A DNA stretch of 64,000 nucleotides, taken from Mytilus californianus (Eukaryota). Made by a program: the position numbers and the translations under genes. This document shows, one piece after another, positions 26,581 through 40,871 of this stretch. The notes below the pieces were generated by a model. The model was not told the DNA's origin. It saw only the letters and a list, made by a program, of their open reading frames with translations, and did no database searches. The stretch is from positions 21,514,001 through 21,578,000 of the forward strand of contig NW_026262701.1 in assembly GCF_021869535.1 (NCBI RefSeq). Reading direction: 5' to 3'. The number at the start of each line of letters is the position of its first letter. The stretch's first letter is position 1.

Positions 26581-27012
26581 CCGTACGATTGCCTATAATT
26601 GCTTACATCCACTTTATTTTAACTTTGGTGGATATTTGTCTCATTGTCAATCATACCACATCTACCTTTTTTTATGTTTATGAATTAGGTATCCAATATA
26701 ACCAAGATTTGTCGTCAGATTTGTTACTCATTGAAATATTTTATAAATGTTTACATACGATTAATACACCTTCGTGTATTGTTTGATAGTGATTGTTGTA
26801 ATCTTTAATTTCTTGAAAAGGGTGTAAATGTTTTATTTGTGTTTTGTTTAATACTGCCTCCAAATCAATAAATCAATCACAACTATAAAAATTGATTAGT
26901 GCATACCAAAGGAACTAAGAGGAAACACAAACTAAACTTTATTATTCATCGTTCATATCAATATTGACCGTTTACTTCTTCCTGTACTAATATTTATAAG
27001 AATATCTTTGTT

Positions 27013-30000
27013 TCAATAATATTTTCGTCCCCATCGACCTTTATTCCAGCCTTTATTCCATCCATAACCTCTGGGATATCCTTTGTATCCGTTATATTTA
27101 CCTCCGTATCGCCATGGATAATTATAGTTTGGGCCTTTATACTGAAATATAGAAAAACGATACAAGTGAAAATCAATTCTGATGTAGAAATATAAAGTAA
27201 GCAATTTTTTTTTTTGATTTCAATAAAACAAATACAGATATATGAACAAAGTTGTCAATGATTCAAGACTACTCTGGCTTACAGATATATGAACAAAGTT
27301 GCCAATGATTCAAGACTACTCTGGCTTACAGATATATGAACACAGTTGCCAATGATTCTGTTTACATGTATGACCTCTTTCTTGGTTCTTATTTTTTTTG
27401 CCTTTGACTTTCACAACACTTTGAAATTGAGAATGGAAATGGGGAATGTGTCAAAGAGATAACAAGCCGACCAAAAGGCAGAAAACAATGCAACCATGAT
27501 AAAAGATATTCCGAAACACATGTTTATATGACATGTTTACTTATTGATTGTTGGTGACCTTGTTGTAACTGTCAAAAAAAAAATTAAACACTAATAATTA
27601 TATTTTCCTCCAAGATTGGAACCGGCTCGGTGTTCTCATGATAGCGTGCTTGCCTTGATTTCTGAAGGGTGTGCTTTAGAATCCAGGCCGGGTCAAACCA
27701 AAGACTTGAAAAAACTGATCGGCTCGGAGTCAGAATAATGTGCCCGGGTAGTATGTCTTCCTATGAACTGTTACTACCGAACTAGCACGTGACCAATGCT
27801 ACTCAACGTGTCGTAGTACAAAGCAAGGTTTATATTTCATATCACATAATCATTATCTCGTCCTGAATATGCATTTTATTTTCCACTGAACGTTAAAGAT
27901 TCATTAGATATGTATCAATTTATCCTCCATGATTGGTTTTATTAGACAAAACATGGGTGACCTTACGTAAAAGATGACAGTTCAAAAACAGAAAAATCCA
28001 GATCCGGGAACTCGTTAAACACCTGTATGTAAACACGTGGATATAAGTAGAAGTTGTATTTTTAAATCATCAGGTTGTGTTAATGCCCAAAAAGTTTAAA
28101 GATAAAAATACCTTTTAAATAAATATCAGCCAAAAACAGAATAAACTACCGATATGCAATAGCTGTATTTTCTACCGTTGTTATAACGTCCTACTTTAAA
28201 ACAAGATTATTTATATACAATTAGTTACACATGACAATTGCATTGAAATGAGGTACATTGTGTAATAATGAAACCGGTTAATAAACAAGGATGTTTCGCT
28301 TTATAATATTGTGATATTATGTATGATCTTTTGTGATTTATTTTTGTAATGATGATCATTTAAATTAAACCTTGTATTTTGATATTTTGTAGGTGTTTTT
28401 TTCGCAAGATCTATCTATTGTGTGTTTATGCCAAGGTTTTCTTTGAATCATTATCAATCTCAATTATCATAGAAAATATATTTTATTATGTGGAACAACA
28501 ACACGCGCCAAATGTGCCTGTTATCTCTTGATTAAACATCAGATCAATATGTTACAAAAAGATATATAATTTTAATTTTGATTACTTTTATAGGTCATGA
28601 ATCTTAGAACATAATAAAGAGTCAATCAAAAGTTCTAGATTGAATAGAAATTGTAAATATGCTTGCAAAAAAAAAACGAGGTGGCAAATACGGAAGTGAC
28701 AACAAATAAACATTCATTTTTAAAACAAATAGACAAAAATCTCTGTACAATATGTCAAACCTTAAATCAAACGAATCTATAGTGCCTTACAAAATTGTGC
28801 GAGGTAGACGAATCCGGACTTAAAATGCTCTAATTAACTTTTTTAATGCAAAAATAGGCAGATCGGTTATATTTTGTCTTCATTTACGCATGGCTTTCAT
28901 TTGGATTAAATTGGAATGATCACAACTTAAGGAGACTGAAAAATGCTATATTCAGTTGAGACACACACACTTTTTTACTTGCGTAGACGTGCGTAAAATA
29001 TATTTTAATTTCTTTCTTCAAACTGATAACTTTTTCAAAGAAGAAAAACGCCTGATGTGTAAAGTTTCTCAAATTTCTGAATAATGCGCTATTTCAGTAT
29101 TGTAAAATTTCTCAGTGATACGAAATTGTGACGAAAAAGTAAGTAATGGCGAATCGAACTTTTTATACCTTGCGTCTCATTGATAAAAATAACATGAACT
29201 TGTCCAGTGTCCTGTTTAACGATTAATTAAATTACTGAACACGTGTGTGTAAAAAGAAATGCAAATGAACCTGTTTTCACATATACAGAATATAATTTTA
29301 TCTTACAGGCATTCAGATTAAGAACTTCCAACAAAGTTTAATTATGACTTATTCAGTATAAAGGTCTGGATGCATGGGGGTCTTTTGTCTGCATTCTAGA
29401 ATTTTTAGGCCATTTTTCTTAATTCTTTATTTATTTGGCCCATTATCCTCTAGTCTGTAAGATTGTACCCCTATTATCCTTTAGTCTGTAAGATTGTACC
29501 CCTATTATCCTTTAGTCTGTAAGATTGTACCCCTTTTATCCTTTAGTCTGTAAGATTGTACCCCTATTCAGACCCTAACGTTTATGAACATTTTTTTAAC
29601 GTATTTTTTTTATATAAAAATCAATGAGTGAATTTGTTCGACTTGAACTGTTAGGATAGAGAACAGAAATCTAAAAACAAATCATAACTATCATTGTTAA
29701 TCTACAAACAAGAGCAATTTTATAATTTCTTAAAGAATTTTTAACCTCCGAACTAAAGTTGCCATCCCTGTCTTCATAAACAATTATCTTTACGTAATTA
29801 AATTCATCGTACTGTAAAAAGATACGCACGATAATTTTTGTTACAGGTAAACAGGTACGATGAAGCAATAATAACTTCACCAAATCGAATTTCGCAAGAT
29901 TCAACAACAATGACCAGTCCATATTAGAATAAGGGGTAAACTATGTTGGGGTATTTAGAAATGATAGATTTTTAATAAAATTTTTGGTAAATATTACAAA

Positions 30001-32193
30001 ACACTCATCTTCCAAACTTTGTGTTTCAATTTTAAAAACATATATATTATTTATTGGTATAGTTTTTCAATCTGTCATTAGCGTTTGTAAGCAAAAGAAA
30101 GTTTGGGCTTTAAAATTCATCAAAATTATTTAAAACTTTATACAGAAAATTCACCTTCTCAAAGTATTAATTTATTAACACCTAATACACGGATACATAG
30201 CATAATCATTTCTTAGGATACTGAACAAAAAAAAGTGTTTATTCAGTGTCATTGCCACAAAGTGCGTTAAAGAAAACTATTATATAGCAAACAACTAATT
30301 GCTTCACAAAATCTTATCACACACTATAGAAAGTAGTGAATAAATCACAAAGAAGGGTAAAAAAATGCATTACAACTGTTACACCAGATTCCAACAAAAA
30401 GAATGTTTAAATAAAGCAATCTACCGCTGGAGATGATGAATTGGGACAGCCATGTAAATATATAATAAGATTGCTAAGTAATTAAAGACCCAAACCCAAC
30501 GATTTGTTTTGAAACAAGGTGGATATAGATTTTTTAGACTAAGTATGAAGTATTAATGTGTAGTACGCATGGAAAAATTGAGACATCAATCTAACAAGCC
30601 ATAAGGACAACTGATGTGAACAACGTAAGGTCACCGTACGGCCTACACATAATTTCCCTCGAAACACATTCATATTTTCAGATCTTTAAAAATATTAAGA
30701 CATTGGTTATGAAATCAATGTACGATAGATAAAACTGATATAATATATTTATGTAATTTCTTGTAGTTGCTAAAGTTTCATGTATACAATAGCTCTCATC
30801 TCTGTGTTCCATGTCTATATTGTTAATTTTAGCCAGAATTGTATGCTGTGTAAAAGATCCATAACATTGCTTGTAATTGTTATGTGAGATAAAAACCTAC
30901 AGGTATTTTTAAACTTACAGCACCTGCATCTGAAAAAAAGCAAAAATAAATAAAATCACATTAGTCGTAAAATCTATTTGTTAATAATGTCTGAAACTTT
31001 ATTTGCGAATGAAAAACAAAAATGACTATATGAGTGTATTGTAAGTAAATCTAGTATGTGAATTCGTCATTTACCATGAAAAAGAGAGGCGAAAGTTACC
31101 AAAGGGACATTCAAACTCATAAGTCGAAAATAAATTGACAACGCCATGGCTAAAAAAGGAAAAGATCAGCAGACAAACAATAGTACACAAAACACAACAA
31201 AGAAAACTATAGAAAACTATAGGTTGCACTTTGTAAATACAGCTGTTTCTCAAACCACGCCTCTTTTGGGGAGATATTTAATATTCATAGGTATGTTAAT
31301 TTGTTAACGTACTGGTTCCCATTGATGATCTCTGTGTTTCATCTCATAGAGAAATCACTTGGGAATGTAACCAGTATAGAAGAACATGGTAGCGGCTAAA
31401 TTTTAATTCTTAGGAGGTCCAAAAATGGAGGTAAGGGTAGTATAGAATTTTAGTATAAGTTTAAACTCTTAGAAGTTCAGGGCATATAAATGTTGAAAAT
31501 ATGCCGCACAGCCCTATATTTTGACCTTTGAATAAAATAGTAGTGCATATAAACTTTCCGTTCTGGGATATTATTTTTCACAGTTTTAGCCGCATAGGGA
31601 GTTCCTATGGGAAATTGCATTGTCTGTATTTACAGAATTGCAACCTATAGACTGAGCAACACGAACCCCACCAAAACCTGGGGGTGATCTCCATAATATA
31701 TAGATATCTTTTAACAACCATTTCTATTGTTACTAAGTTTTCAGATTTATTTTGTCCTGTTTCAAACAATGCCTTCGCATTTCAAATGTACGGATGTTAT
31801 GATGAATAAAAACCTGATGAAAAGAAAGTAATAAAAAGTGACATGTTTAATGTGCGCAAGCTCACTATTACATTGTTTTTTTTTCTATTACATGTGTTAT
31901 TAAAATAACAAGACTAAAACTATTTTTTTTCAGATATTTTACACTTCGGCTATTTTGAATATGATGCAACTGTTTCATATAGACTGTTATCATACATTTT
32001 TGCAGTTACTAAAATTTAAAAGAAATCCAGAATAAATTTCAACAATTTGTTTGACATTTATTAAAAAAAACCCTTGGAAGAATGAAATATTTTTAACAAT
32101 TCTTTTTATGACAAACTTTTACTCACCACTTTGCACGGCAAATGATCCTAGAAGGACCAAAGCCACCAAAACTGCAATACTGAGATTTTTCAT
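27013..32193 (-). CDS. mfp-3: Mussel foot protein-3, copy C (3 exons, 68-aa precursor)
   Basis: Exons 32193-32127, 30929-30919 (ATGCAGGTGCT) and 27141-27013 give MKNLSIAVLVALVLLGSFAVQSDAGAYKGPNYNYPWRYGGKYNGYKGYPRGYGWNKGWNKGRWGRKYY*. GT-AG sites intact; TATATAAA at 32280-32273; AATAAA at 26837-26832. Track ORF 27013..27204 contains exon 3. Confidence 0.95.
27233..27357. repeat. 47-nt tandem repeat x2.7
   Basis: TACAGATATATGAACAAAGTTG(T/C)CAATGATTCAAGACTACTCTGGCT at 27233 and 27280, partial at 27327. Confidence 0.92.
27615..27900 (+). mobile_element. Decayed tRNA-derived SINE in mfp-3 C intron 2
   Basis: GGTGTTCTCATGATAGCGTGC (A-box-like) ... GGGTCAAACCAAAGAC ... GGCTCGGAGTCAGAATAATGTGCCCG resembles my recollection of bivalve tRNA-SINEs. 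Confidence 0.6.
29442..29565. repeat. 31-nt minisatellite x4
   Basis: ATTATCCTTTAGTCTGTAAGATTGTACCCCT at 29442, 29473, 29504 and 29535. Confidence 0.95.
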
Positions 32194-34019
32194 TGTTTTA
32201 TATTCAAACCGTTTACTGGAAGAATCTGATTACTGAGAATTACCTTCTACTCTAGCTGACAATTGTCTGAGCTTTATATATACTTTGTTCATTCAACTTA
32301 CTGCAGATCTGTTAATCAAGAGGAAAAATAATCACACGCATATTCCTGTAACAATAGGATTAGAATTAAAATAAAAATAGCTGTGCATTACATACTCTGT
32401 ATACATTGTCAAATTATTTGCAAGAATGGATATTAAAAAAAATTAAAAATTAAAAAAATGTAGATTATTTCATCATTATCATCCTTTAAAAGAAAAATAA
32501 AGCTGTTGTAATAAGTGATAAAATTGTTTCTGTTTTTAAAACAAATGCATAGCAATTACAAAACATTACTTTGCTACTTCACATAATCAATTATTCAAAA
32601 TGGAACAAAGCTGGTTATTTGGTAATTACCAGTGCTGGAGAGAGTTGAAAATGTGTAAACAAAGACGAAAAAGATGATTGTAGGCATTTTTTCAAAATAA
32701 AAAGTGAAAAAAAAATAATTTACGCTGTTTTAGTATGCGTAATACAAAAGTGCTCATTTCAAATACATCTAGGACGGAACAAAATAAACAGAAGGGTTCC
32801 TAGAGTCCTATACAAAAATCTGCACGACAATTTTTTTAATGAGAAACCGTAACAATTTATCAAAAATTAAATTGTGCATTTTCTCAGTTTAGTTTAGCTT
32901 TGTGCTGATGAGTCTTGATAAGGTGCTAGTGATTTGTGACAAGACGTTAGTGCGATTTGAATCAAGCATTACAGAATCAAAACCATTGGGCAAAAAATTG
33001 CAGTCAATCGTATTTTTGCTCCAATGTTTACCTTTAGACATCCGTTTCACGGTAAACAGTGCACACTGGGACATAGTCAACATTGGATTACATGCATTTA
33101 TTGGGGGTCATAAACCATGAACTGCTAGGGAAGTGAAATATTGCTACCTGCTGGGCCAATTAACAGGTGGTCATCCATGTGTGTAATTTTACTGCCACAG
33201 GTTCACTATTTTGATTCATATTTTGGACATGTAAAGGTTCATGTTACCTTTTTTTTACAGGTGATCTTTTGATAGGAGAAATCAATCAAACAGGAAATGA
33301 AAAAAGAACTTTGTTTGTATAATTATAGAAAATATTAATTAATTGTACATTTTCACAAATTATATGATCTAAATCATATGTAAATGCTATCTTGATTCAT
33401 TACTAATCAAAAGATCAAAATTATTATCGAGTAAATTATGTTCATTTATTATATATTTCAAATTAAAGTGCTAGGTCAAAGGTTAGAAGAAAAATAGCCA
33501 AATGTCATAATATAAACATTTTGTATGTTGTACAGTCATTGCTTGTTTTTAAACCCATAAGAAACAAAATTAAAACTTTTTCAATTATTTCTTTTCATTT
33601 TTATTCGAAAAGAACGTCGGAAATCATCTTTTTTGTTTTTGTTCACATATTTTAACGATCACCAGCATTGGTCATGACCAAATCACCAGCACATGACATT
33701 CTCTGGTATGACAACCTTACCCACCGTGTAAGTTTTTAATAAGCTTTCTTCTATTTTGAATAATTGAATAGGTGAGCGTTCGTCTATTTTGAATTAGTGA
33801 ATAGTTGTGCTTTCTTCTTATTTGAATAACTGATTAGGTGAAGTAGCAAAGTAATATTATGTAATTGGATTGCATTTGTTTAAAAAGTAAAAACGGTTTT
33901 GTCACTTATTACAATAGATATATTTCTCTTAATGAAGCATAATGATGAAATAATCTACTTTTTTGGGATTTTTTTATTCTTTCAATTTCCATTGTTGCAA
34001 ATAATTTGACAAGGTAAAC

Positions 34020-34223
34020 GGATTATGTAATGCACTGACATTTTATTTTAATTTTAATCTTATTGTAACAGAAACATGTGTGTGATAATTTTTCCTCTTG
34101 ATTAACAGATCTGCAGTGAGTTGATTGAACAAAGTATATATAAAGCGGAGAAAATAGTCAGCTAGAATATTGGGTAATTCTCAGTAATCAGCTTCTTCCT
34201 ACAAACGGTTTGAATATAAAACA
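34020..34223 (+). promoter_or_regulatory. Conserved mfp-3 proximal promoter (shown for copy D)
   Basis: GGATTATGTAAT ... CAGATCTGCAGTGAGTTGATTGAACAAAGTATATATAAAG ... TCAGTAATCAG ... AAAACAATG. The block is recognisable upstream of A, A', B, B', C, E and F, with TATA about 80 nt before the ATG. Confidence 0.7.
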
Positions 34224-37200
34224 ATGAAGAGTCTCAGCATAGTAGTTTTGGTGGCTTTAGTCCTTATTGGATCATTCGCTGTGCAAAGTGGTAAGTAAAA
34301 TTTGTCTTAGAAATATTGTTTATTATCGCTGTTTTGTGCATTTTTCCTTTGATCTTTTTCATATCATGCTACTCGCTTGCAATGGAAAATTATCGCAAGA
34401 AATTAAGGGTCACTTTGTCAATGTAAACATCAACAACGTCATAGGCAGAATAGCAATGAACAGATTACCAATGGTCTTTAAAGCTCGAGAATGTTTCTCG
34501 GCAACATCTCATCTCAGGGCTGTTGCCCTTTGATGAGATTGTAGCTGAAAAACACCCTCTCGTTTGAAAAAAAAACAACCATAATCCATAATTTTATTTT
34601 TTCATTCATTGCAGTTTTTTATCAAATGTCAAACAGACTAAGCATCTGTTGATATCTATTCTATGTCGGATTTTAAAAACATTTTGGTAATTGCAAATAA
34701 AAAAGTAGTCTCATATTGATAATATCGGCCAAAGAGTATACAATTTTAAACGAATTATTTTTTGTCTTTTTATCTTACTAAAACTGAACAAAATAAATAG
34801 TGTGCTTGCGCAAATTAAACATGCAAATTTTCTTTACTCTCTTATTTTACAATTTTAAGTATCTTTATTCATCATTGTATTCGTACAAATAAAATGCAAA
34901 CTAGGTAAATGTGCATTATTGACCATTTGATCAAAATATGACAAAATAAATGTGAAAACGTATCTAGATAAAATGATAATTGAAAGATATCTGTATATTG
35001 CAGGTTTGTTCCCAAATTAAAATATTCATTCAGTCCCAGTCATGAGGCTCTGTCATTTTATAGTCTTTTATCTCTTTTTAATTTTAGTTCATTTATATTT
35101 TTTCCGGAGTTTAGTGTGACGTCCATTTCCGATGAACTAGTATACATTATTGTTTAGGGGTCATTTGAATCCCGCCTCCGGACGCTGTATTTTTTTCGCT
35201 GTGTGGAAGAACTTTTGATGTACTAGGGCTGTTTTCTGCTGTTTGGTCGAGTTGTTGTCCCTTTGACACATTCCTTGTTTTCATTCTGAATTTATTCCAT
35301 ATTTAAATTTGTACTATTCATCATTCCTGGTAAATAACGAACTCATATTATTAGATTGGCTTACACTGCACTCATAAAGTCATGTCGTTTTAAGATATTA
35401 TTTTTGTTTTGCAATTTGAGACTAGACAACAAATAAATTTCAAGGCTAATTGAACATTATTAATGATTGATATTTTTTTTTTCAGATGCAGGTGGTGTAA
35501 GTTTAAAAAACCTTTAGTGTTTTATGTGACCTAGCAATAACAAACAATATAATGTATCGAAGAGGTATCCTTTACACAGTATACAATATTTGGTTAAATG
35601 AACAATATAGACATGGAACATAGAGATGAGAACCTTTGCTAAATGAAATATAGCATCTACAAGTAATAACATAAGTGGATAGACCACTTTCGAGTTCGTT
35701 GCATTTCCGTCAAAAACTTTGGTTTTAGTGAACATCATTCTTGCGTTTAGGTGCATCATCACTTCCTTCCAATGTTGAGCGAGCGGTTGACAAAAATATG
35801 ATGCTATATCACACGAATTATTTGGCAAATTAAATTCCTATAATTGATAATCACCACTGCTGTCATTAGGGAATTGTGATTAAGTACCTACGGAACAAAC
35901 ATTATTTCTAGTTTATCCTGCATAATGATGATCATGAAGACTCTTGGTGATCTTTAATAGTACAGGGATACAGGAGGGCCCCTCTATCTTTTAAATGACC
36001 TCATAAAGGCTTGCATAATTGACGAACTTTTCCGGTGAAGGACATAACACGGAAGTGGTCTATTGTATCAGTTTTATCTATCTTCCATTGATTCAATAAG
36101 AAATGTCTTAATGTTTTTAAATATCTGAAAATATAAGTGTTTCGAAGGAAATTATTTTCTTTTTACAGGCCGTACTGTGACATTACGTTGTTCACATCAA
36201 TTGTCCTAATGTCTTTTTTGATCAATGTGTCAATGGTTGCAAGCGTACTACTTGATAATAATTTATATGGAGTTTTAAAAATCAATATCCGACGCATTTA
36301 AACAATCCTTGGGTGATTGGTACTAAATAACCCTGCTATATGTTTACTTGTATGTCCATTTTAATGATCTCTAGCGGTAGATAGCTTTATGTTAATATTG
36401 TTGTGGGAATCTGGTGTCACAATCAAACTTGGACGTTCTTTTGAGATTTATTTGCTGTGGCCTTTAGTTTGTAATAAGATTTTGTGAGGAAATTTGATGG
36501 TATTCCTTAAACGCACTTTTTGCCAATAACACTTACTATGCGAAATGAAATTTTGTGTAGTATTTCAAGAAATGATTTTGTTATGTATCCCTGTATTTTG
36601 TGTAAATCAGTTAACGCTTTAAGGAGGCAAACTTTCTGTATAAAGTCAAAATGTTGTTGAATTTTGAAGCCCAGACTTCTTATTGCTTTAAATATACAAA
36701 GGGAAGATCGCAAAAAATATGCCAATACAGAAATATAGTTTTGTTAACTTCAGACAAAAAGTATGGGTGATGAGTGTGTTGTAGTATTTACAATAAGTGT
36801 TATGAAACCTGACATTTTCTCCCTACCAAATTTACCTCCAACACTTAATTTGATATGGACTAGTCAGTGTTGTTGAATCTTACGAAATTCGATTGAATGA
36901 AGTTACTATTGCTTCATCTCACCTGTTTTCCTGTTCAAATTTGTCTTGCGTATTTTTTGTCAGAACGGACATTTTATTGCGTAACGACTATGGTTTATAA
37001 GGACAGTGAGGTCAACTTTAGTTCTGAAGTTGAAAATTCTTTCATAAATAATAAAATAGCTTTGGTTTCTGGATTAAGAATTTTAATTATGAATTGTCTT
37101 TAGTTTTCTGTTCTCTATTCTAAAGGTTCATGTCGAACAAATTTACTCATTGATTATTTTTAAAAATATGATAAAAAACCATTTTCATCAGGGTCTGAAT

Positions 37201-39407
37201 AGGTTTATAGACTCGTAAATGATGGGAAGCAAAATCAAGAATAGAGAAAAATGGCCTATGATTAAGATACAGAAATGAATATCTGCATTCAGTCCCTCAC
37301 ACTTGATAAGTCATCATTTAACTTTTTTGAAAGTTCCAAATCTGAATGCCTATTGTTATATTCTGTTCATCTGAAAACAGGTTCAATTTCATTTCTTTTT
37401 ACAAACAATTGTTCTGTAATATAATTGACAATCGAACTATACATAGGACGAGTTCGTGCTATTTCTGTCAGTGAACATAGAGATACATTTAAAGCTTGTG
37501 TGTCTTAAAACAAACATCATTTTTCAGTCTTATAAAGTTGTTATCTTTCTAATTTTATCCAAATGAAAGCACAAAACCGATCTTTTTTGCATATAAAAAG
37601 TCATTTTTGATCACTTTAAGGGCGGATTCATCAACCATAAATAATATTGTTAGACCCTATAGATTCGTTTGATTTAATGTTTGATATATTGAATATAGAT
37701 ATTTGTCAATCGTTGAAGACAAATATTTTGACCACTAAATGTGTCATTGGCTGCTGTATGTACACTCATGTATTGGCCACATTGTGCGTGCATATTTACA
37801 ATTAACTTTTAATTTTAAACTTTTGATTGACTCTTTCATATACTCAAAGATTCATGGTCGATACAGGTATTCGAAATTGAAATTGGATATCCCTTTGTAA
37901 CATATTGATCTGATTTAATCAAAAGATAACAGGAACATTTGGTTTCACCTTTGCAGATTATACAATGATCTGATTGTTTATGAATCAAAGAAAGTCTTGC
38001 CATATACACACAATAGATGGATATCATAAGCTTTGCGAAAAACAACATCATTTCAAAAACAATCACAACAGATCATAGAAAAATATTGTAAAGCGACACA
38101 TCTTTCTTTATTCACCAGTTTCAGTATTGAACAACGTTCTTCATTTAAACCCAATTGTCAGGTGTTTCTAAATTTCATAGCAATATTCATATATCACAAC
38201 TGGAAGTAAGAAGAATGGTAAAAGCACAACTATTGCATATCGGTTGTTCATTCTGTTTGTGGCTGATATTTAGTCAGGATTTTTTTCTCTACACTTTTGG
38301 GGCATTCATACAACGTGATAGTTTAAAAATGCAACTTCCACTTATATCCACATGTTTACATACAGGCGTTTGACGAGTTTGCGATTCTGGAATTTGCAAT
38401 TTTTGTACTGTCATTATATTGTGTCTATTGCACAAAATCTTTGAGGATGTATTGATGGAGGGATAGATGGATGTTTAATGGCATATCAAATACATAATCA
38501 GGATGAGAACATGATTATATGATATAAAAATTAAACCCTACTTTGTACTAAACCAACACGATGAGCCGGAATTTTGACATGATAGTTCACAAGATAACAG
38601 TCAAACTGACGACATGTAAACCAACCGGACACATAATTCTGACTACGAACCGACTACTCTTAGCGTGCTAATCAGTGAAGCAGCAAATAGCAATTTTTAA
38701 GGCTTTGATTTAAACCTACCTGAGTTCAACCAAGGATCTCCCACACTCGAGACAAAAACACTACCATGAGACCACCAGGTTTTTAAAGAATCGTTCATAT
38801 CTACTGTTTTAACTCCAGTTTTTGGTGGGGATCGTGATGCATAGTCTTTAGTTTTCTATGTTGTGTTTTGTGTACTATTGTTTGTTTGTTTGTCTTTTTC
38901 CTTTTTAACCATGGCGTTTTCAGTTTATTTTCGATTTATGAGTTTGAGTGTCCCTCTGATATCTTTCTCCTATCTTGTCTAATGTTTTGTTCTCCTTGTT
39001 GTTCTTGACAGCTGCAGCAAGGTCAAAAACAATCAAATACAGTAAACATGTCATATAGGCATGTGTTTCCGGAATATCTTAATGTTGTGGAAAAAGCAAA
39101 ACAATTGAAAACCAACAAAAAACCCAGAAAAATGGGTACAAACAGAATAGCCAAAGTAATCTTGAATCATCGGCAAGTTTGTTCATACATCTTTATTTGA
39201 CTATTGATATTACGTTAAGTTTGAAATTCTTTTTATTTCTTCATCAGAATTGATCCTAACTTTTATCGTTTTTCGATATTTCAGAATTATTATCCAAAAT
39301 ATAATTATCCAAGGGGATACAAAGGTAGATATAACGGGTATCCCAGAGGAAATTATGGTTGGAATAAAGGCTGGAAGAAAGGTCGATGGGGACGAAAATA
39401 TTATTGA
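34224..39407 (+). CDS. mfp-3: Mussel foot protein-3, copy D (3 exons, 66-aa precursor)
   Basis: Exons 34224-34290, 35486-35496 (ATGCAGGTGGT) and 39285-39407 give MKSLSIVVLVALVLIGSFAVQSDAGGNYYPKYNYPRGYKGRYNGYPRGNYGWNKGWKKGRWGRKYY*. GT-AG sites intact; TATATAAA at 34137-34144; AATAAA at 39578-39583. Confidence 0.95.
38540..38780 (-). mobile_element. Decayed tRNA-derived SINE in mfp-3 D intron 2
   Basis: Reverse complement of the same SINE family (CGGACACATAATTCTGACTACGAACC; GCAGCAAATAGCAATTTTTAAGGCTTTGATTT) at the position corresponding to the C copy. Confidence 0.6.
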
Positions 39408-40871
39408 AGCAAGCTATCTCCATAACTATTAGTACAGAAACAAATTAACTATCTATACGGAAATGAATGATGATAATAAAGCTTAATTTGTGCTTCCTCG
39501 TTATTCCTTTTTTATGTACTCATCATATCTTTATCGTTGTGGTTAATTGATTGGAAGACAGCACTGAGCAAAATACAAATAAATCATACATACCCTTTTC
39601 AACAAAAACCAACACCTCGAAAATCGGTGTCAGAAACAACTAGGAAGTTATTGTAAAAGCTGTTAAGCCGCAAACACTTTAAACAAATTCTTCAGCACAG
39701 TTACAAAAAAGCAAAACAATTTCTTTTCAGCCCCAAAAAGTGAAACGTAAAAGTGTATTTATGTTCTTAATCGTGTAATTTGGAAGCTGCAATTTGTTAG
39801 TCAAAACCAGCACAACAAAAATACCGAACTCCAAGGCAAATTCAAAAAGGAGAAGTGCATAAAAACTGACAAAATCAAATGTTATTAATCAACAGAACAA
39901 GTGAAAACTAACTGCCATTTTCCTAACTTGGTACAGGCATTTTTGAAATAGTGGATTAAACCTGGTTTTATAGCTTGCTAAACCTCCATCTTGTATGACA
40001 ATTGTTTATAGTTCCGTTATATTCACAAAAGGGGGTAAGCAACCAAAATATATAAAAGGTTAATTTGACAAAACTCGGATACAAACTAAAACATAATTTA
40101 ACATCAGATTAAGAAATAATCGATTATTTTATACCCAAAAAGGAGAAAGTCATCACGAGACACCTATTAAAATCAGAGCATTATATCTTGAAATATCAAC
40201 TTTCAAATTATAAGAGAAAATAGAGGCGAAATATACCAAAAGGACATCCAAACTCGAAAACGCCATGGCAAAAACAGATAGAAAACAGAAAGAGAGATAT
40301 TTTGAATGCACCAGCTATGGAATCTTGAATCTAAGGTACTCAATGAAAGAAAGAGAAGAAACAGTTTTATGATAAATCAAAGGAATATATTTTGAACGTC
40401 ATACAACTCACACAGCACACTTATATCTGTTTGTCCGATTTTTACGATAAACTACCAAAATTTTTACATTAGGATCCAATTACATATGGATAACGACACG
40501 AGCCTGATAAAGCTATACTGTAAATTCATGAATTATTGCTTGCATTTATTATTGCAATTTTGTCATTTTAGACTAAAATGCGATTTTAATTTTTGCGATA
40601 TTGAAAAAAATCCTTTTTAATTCATTTAAAAAAATTATTGCGATTATACCCTGTCGCATTTTTCGCAATAATGAAAGCATCGCAATAATTTCTGAATTTA
40701 CAGTATATAAGAATGAATTTAGAAACCTTTAGGTGGTAGACAGAAACCTTAAGGATATATTCCTCTGACGTTTTGGTCTCGTTGAAATCTCGTTCGAGAA
40801 TTATTTCCAAAACATGTGATACAAGTGAAAAATTTCAATGAATTTAAAAAAACATTATAATCAAACTTAAC

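Noticed and set aside
27013-27204. Cationic antimicrobial peptide (myticalin-like) interpretation of the R/K/W/Y-rich exons
   Set aside because: The signal peptide ...IGSFAVQSDA and the GWNKG motifs fit mfp-3, there is no C-terminal propeptide, and the genes are linked to mfp-5.
27615-27700. Possible tRNA gene
   Set aside because: No complete cloverleaf can be folded, and the sequence continues into a SINE body that also occurs in D intron 2.
35486-35496. Alternative 6-nt micro-exon (ATGCAG followed by GTGGT as donor)
   Set aside because: It would end in phase 1 and put exon 3 out of frame. The GTAAG donor after 11 nt is conserved in A, A', C, D and E.
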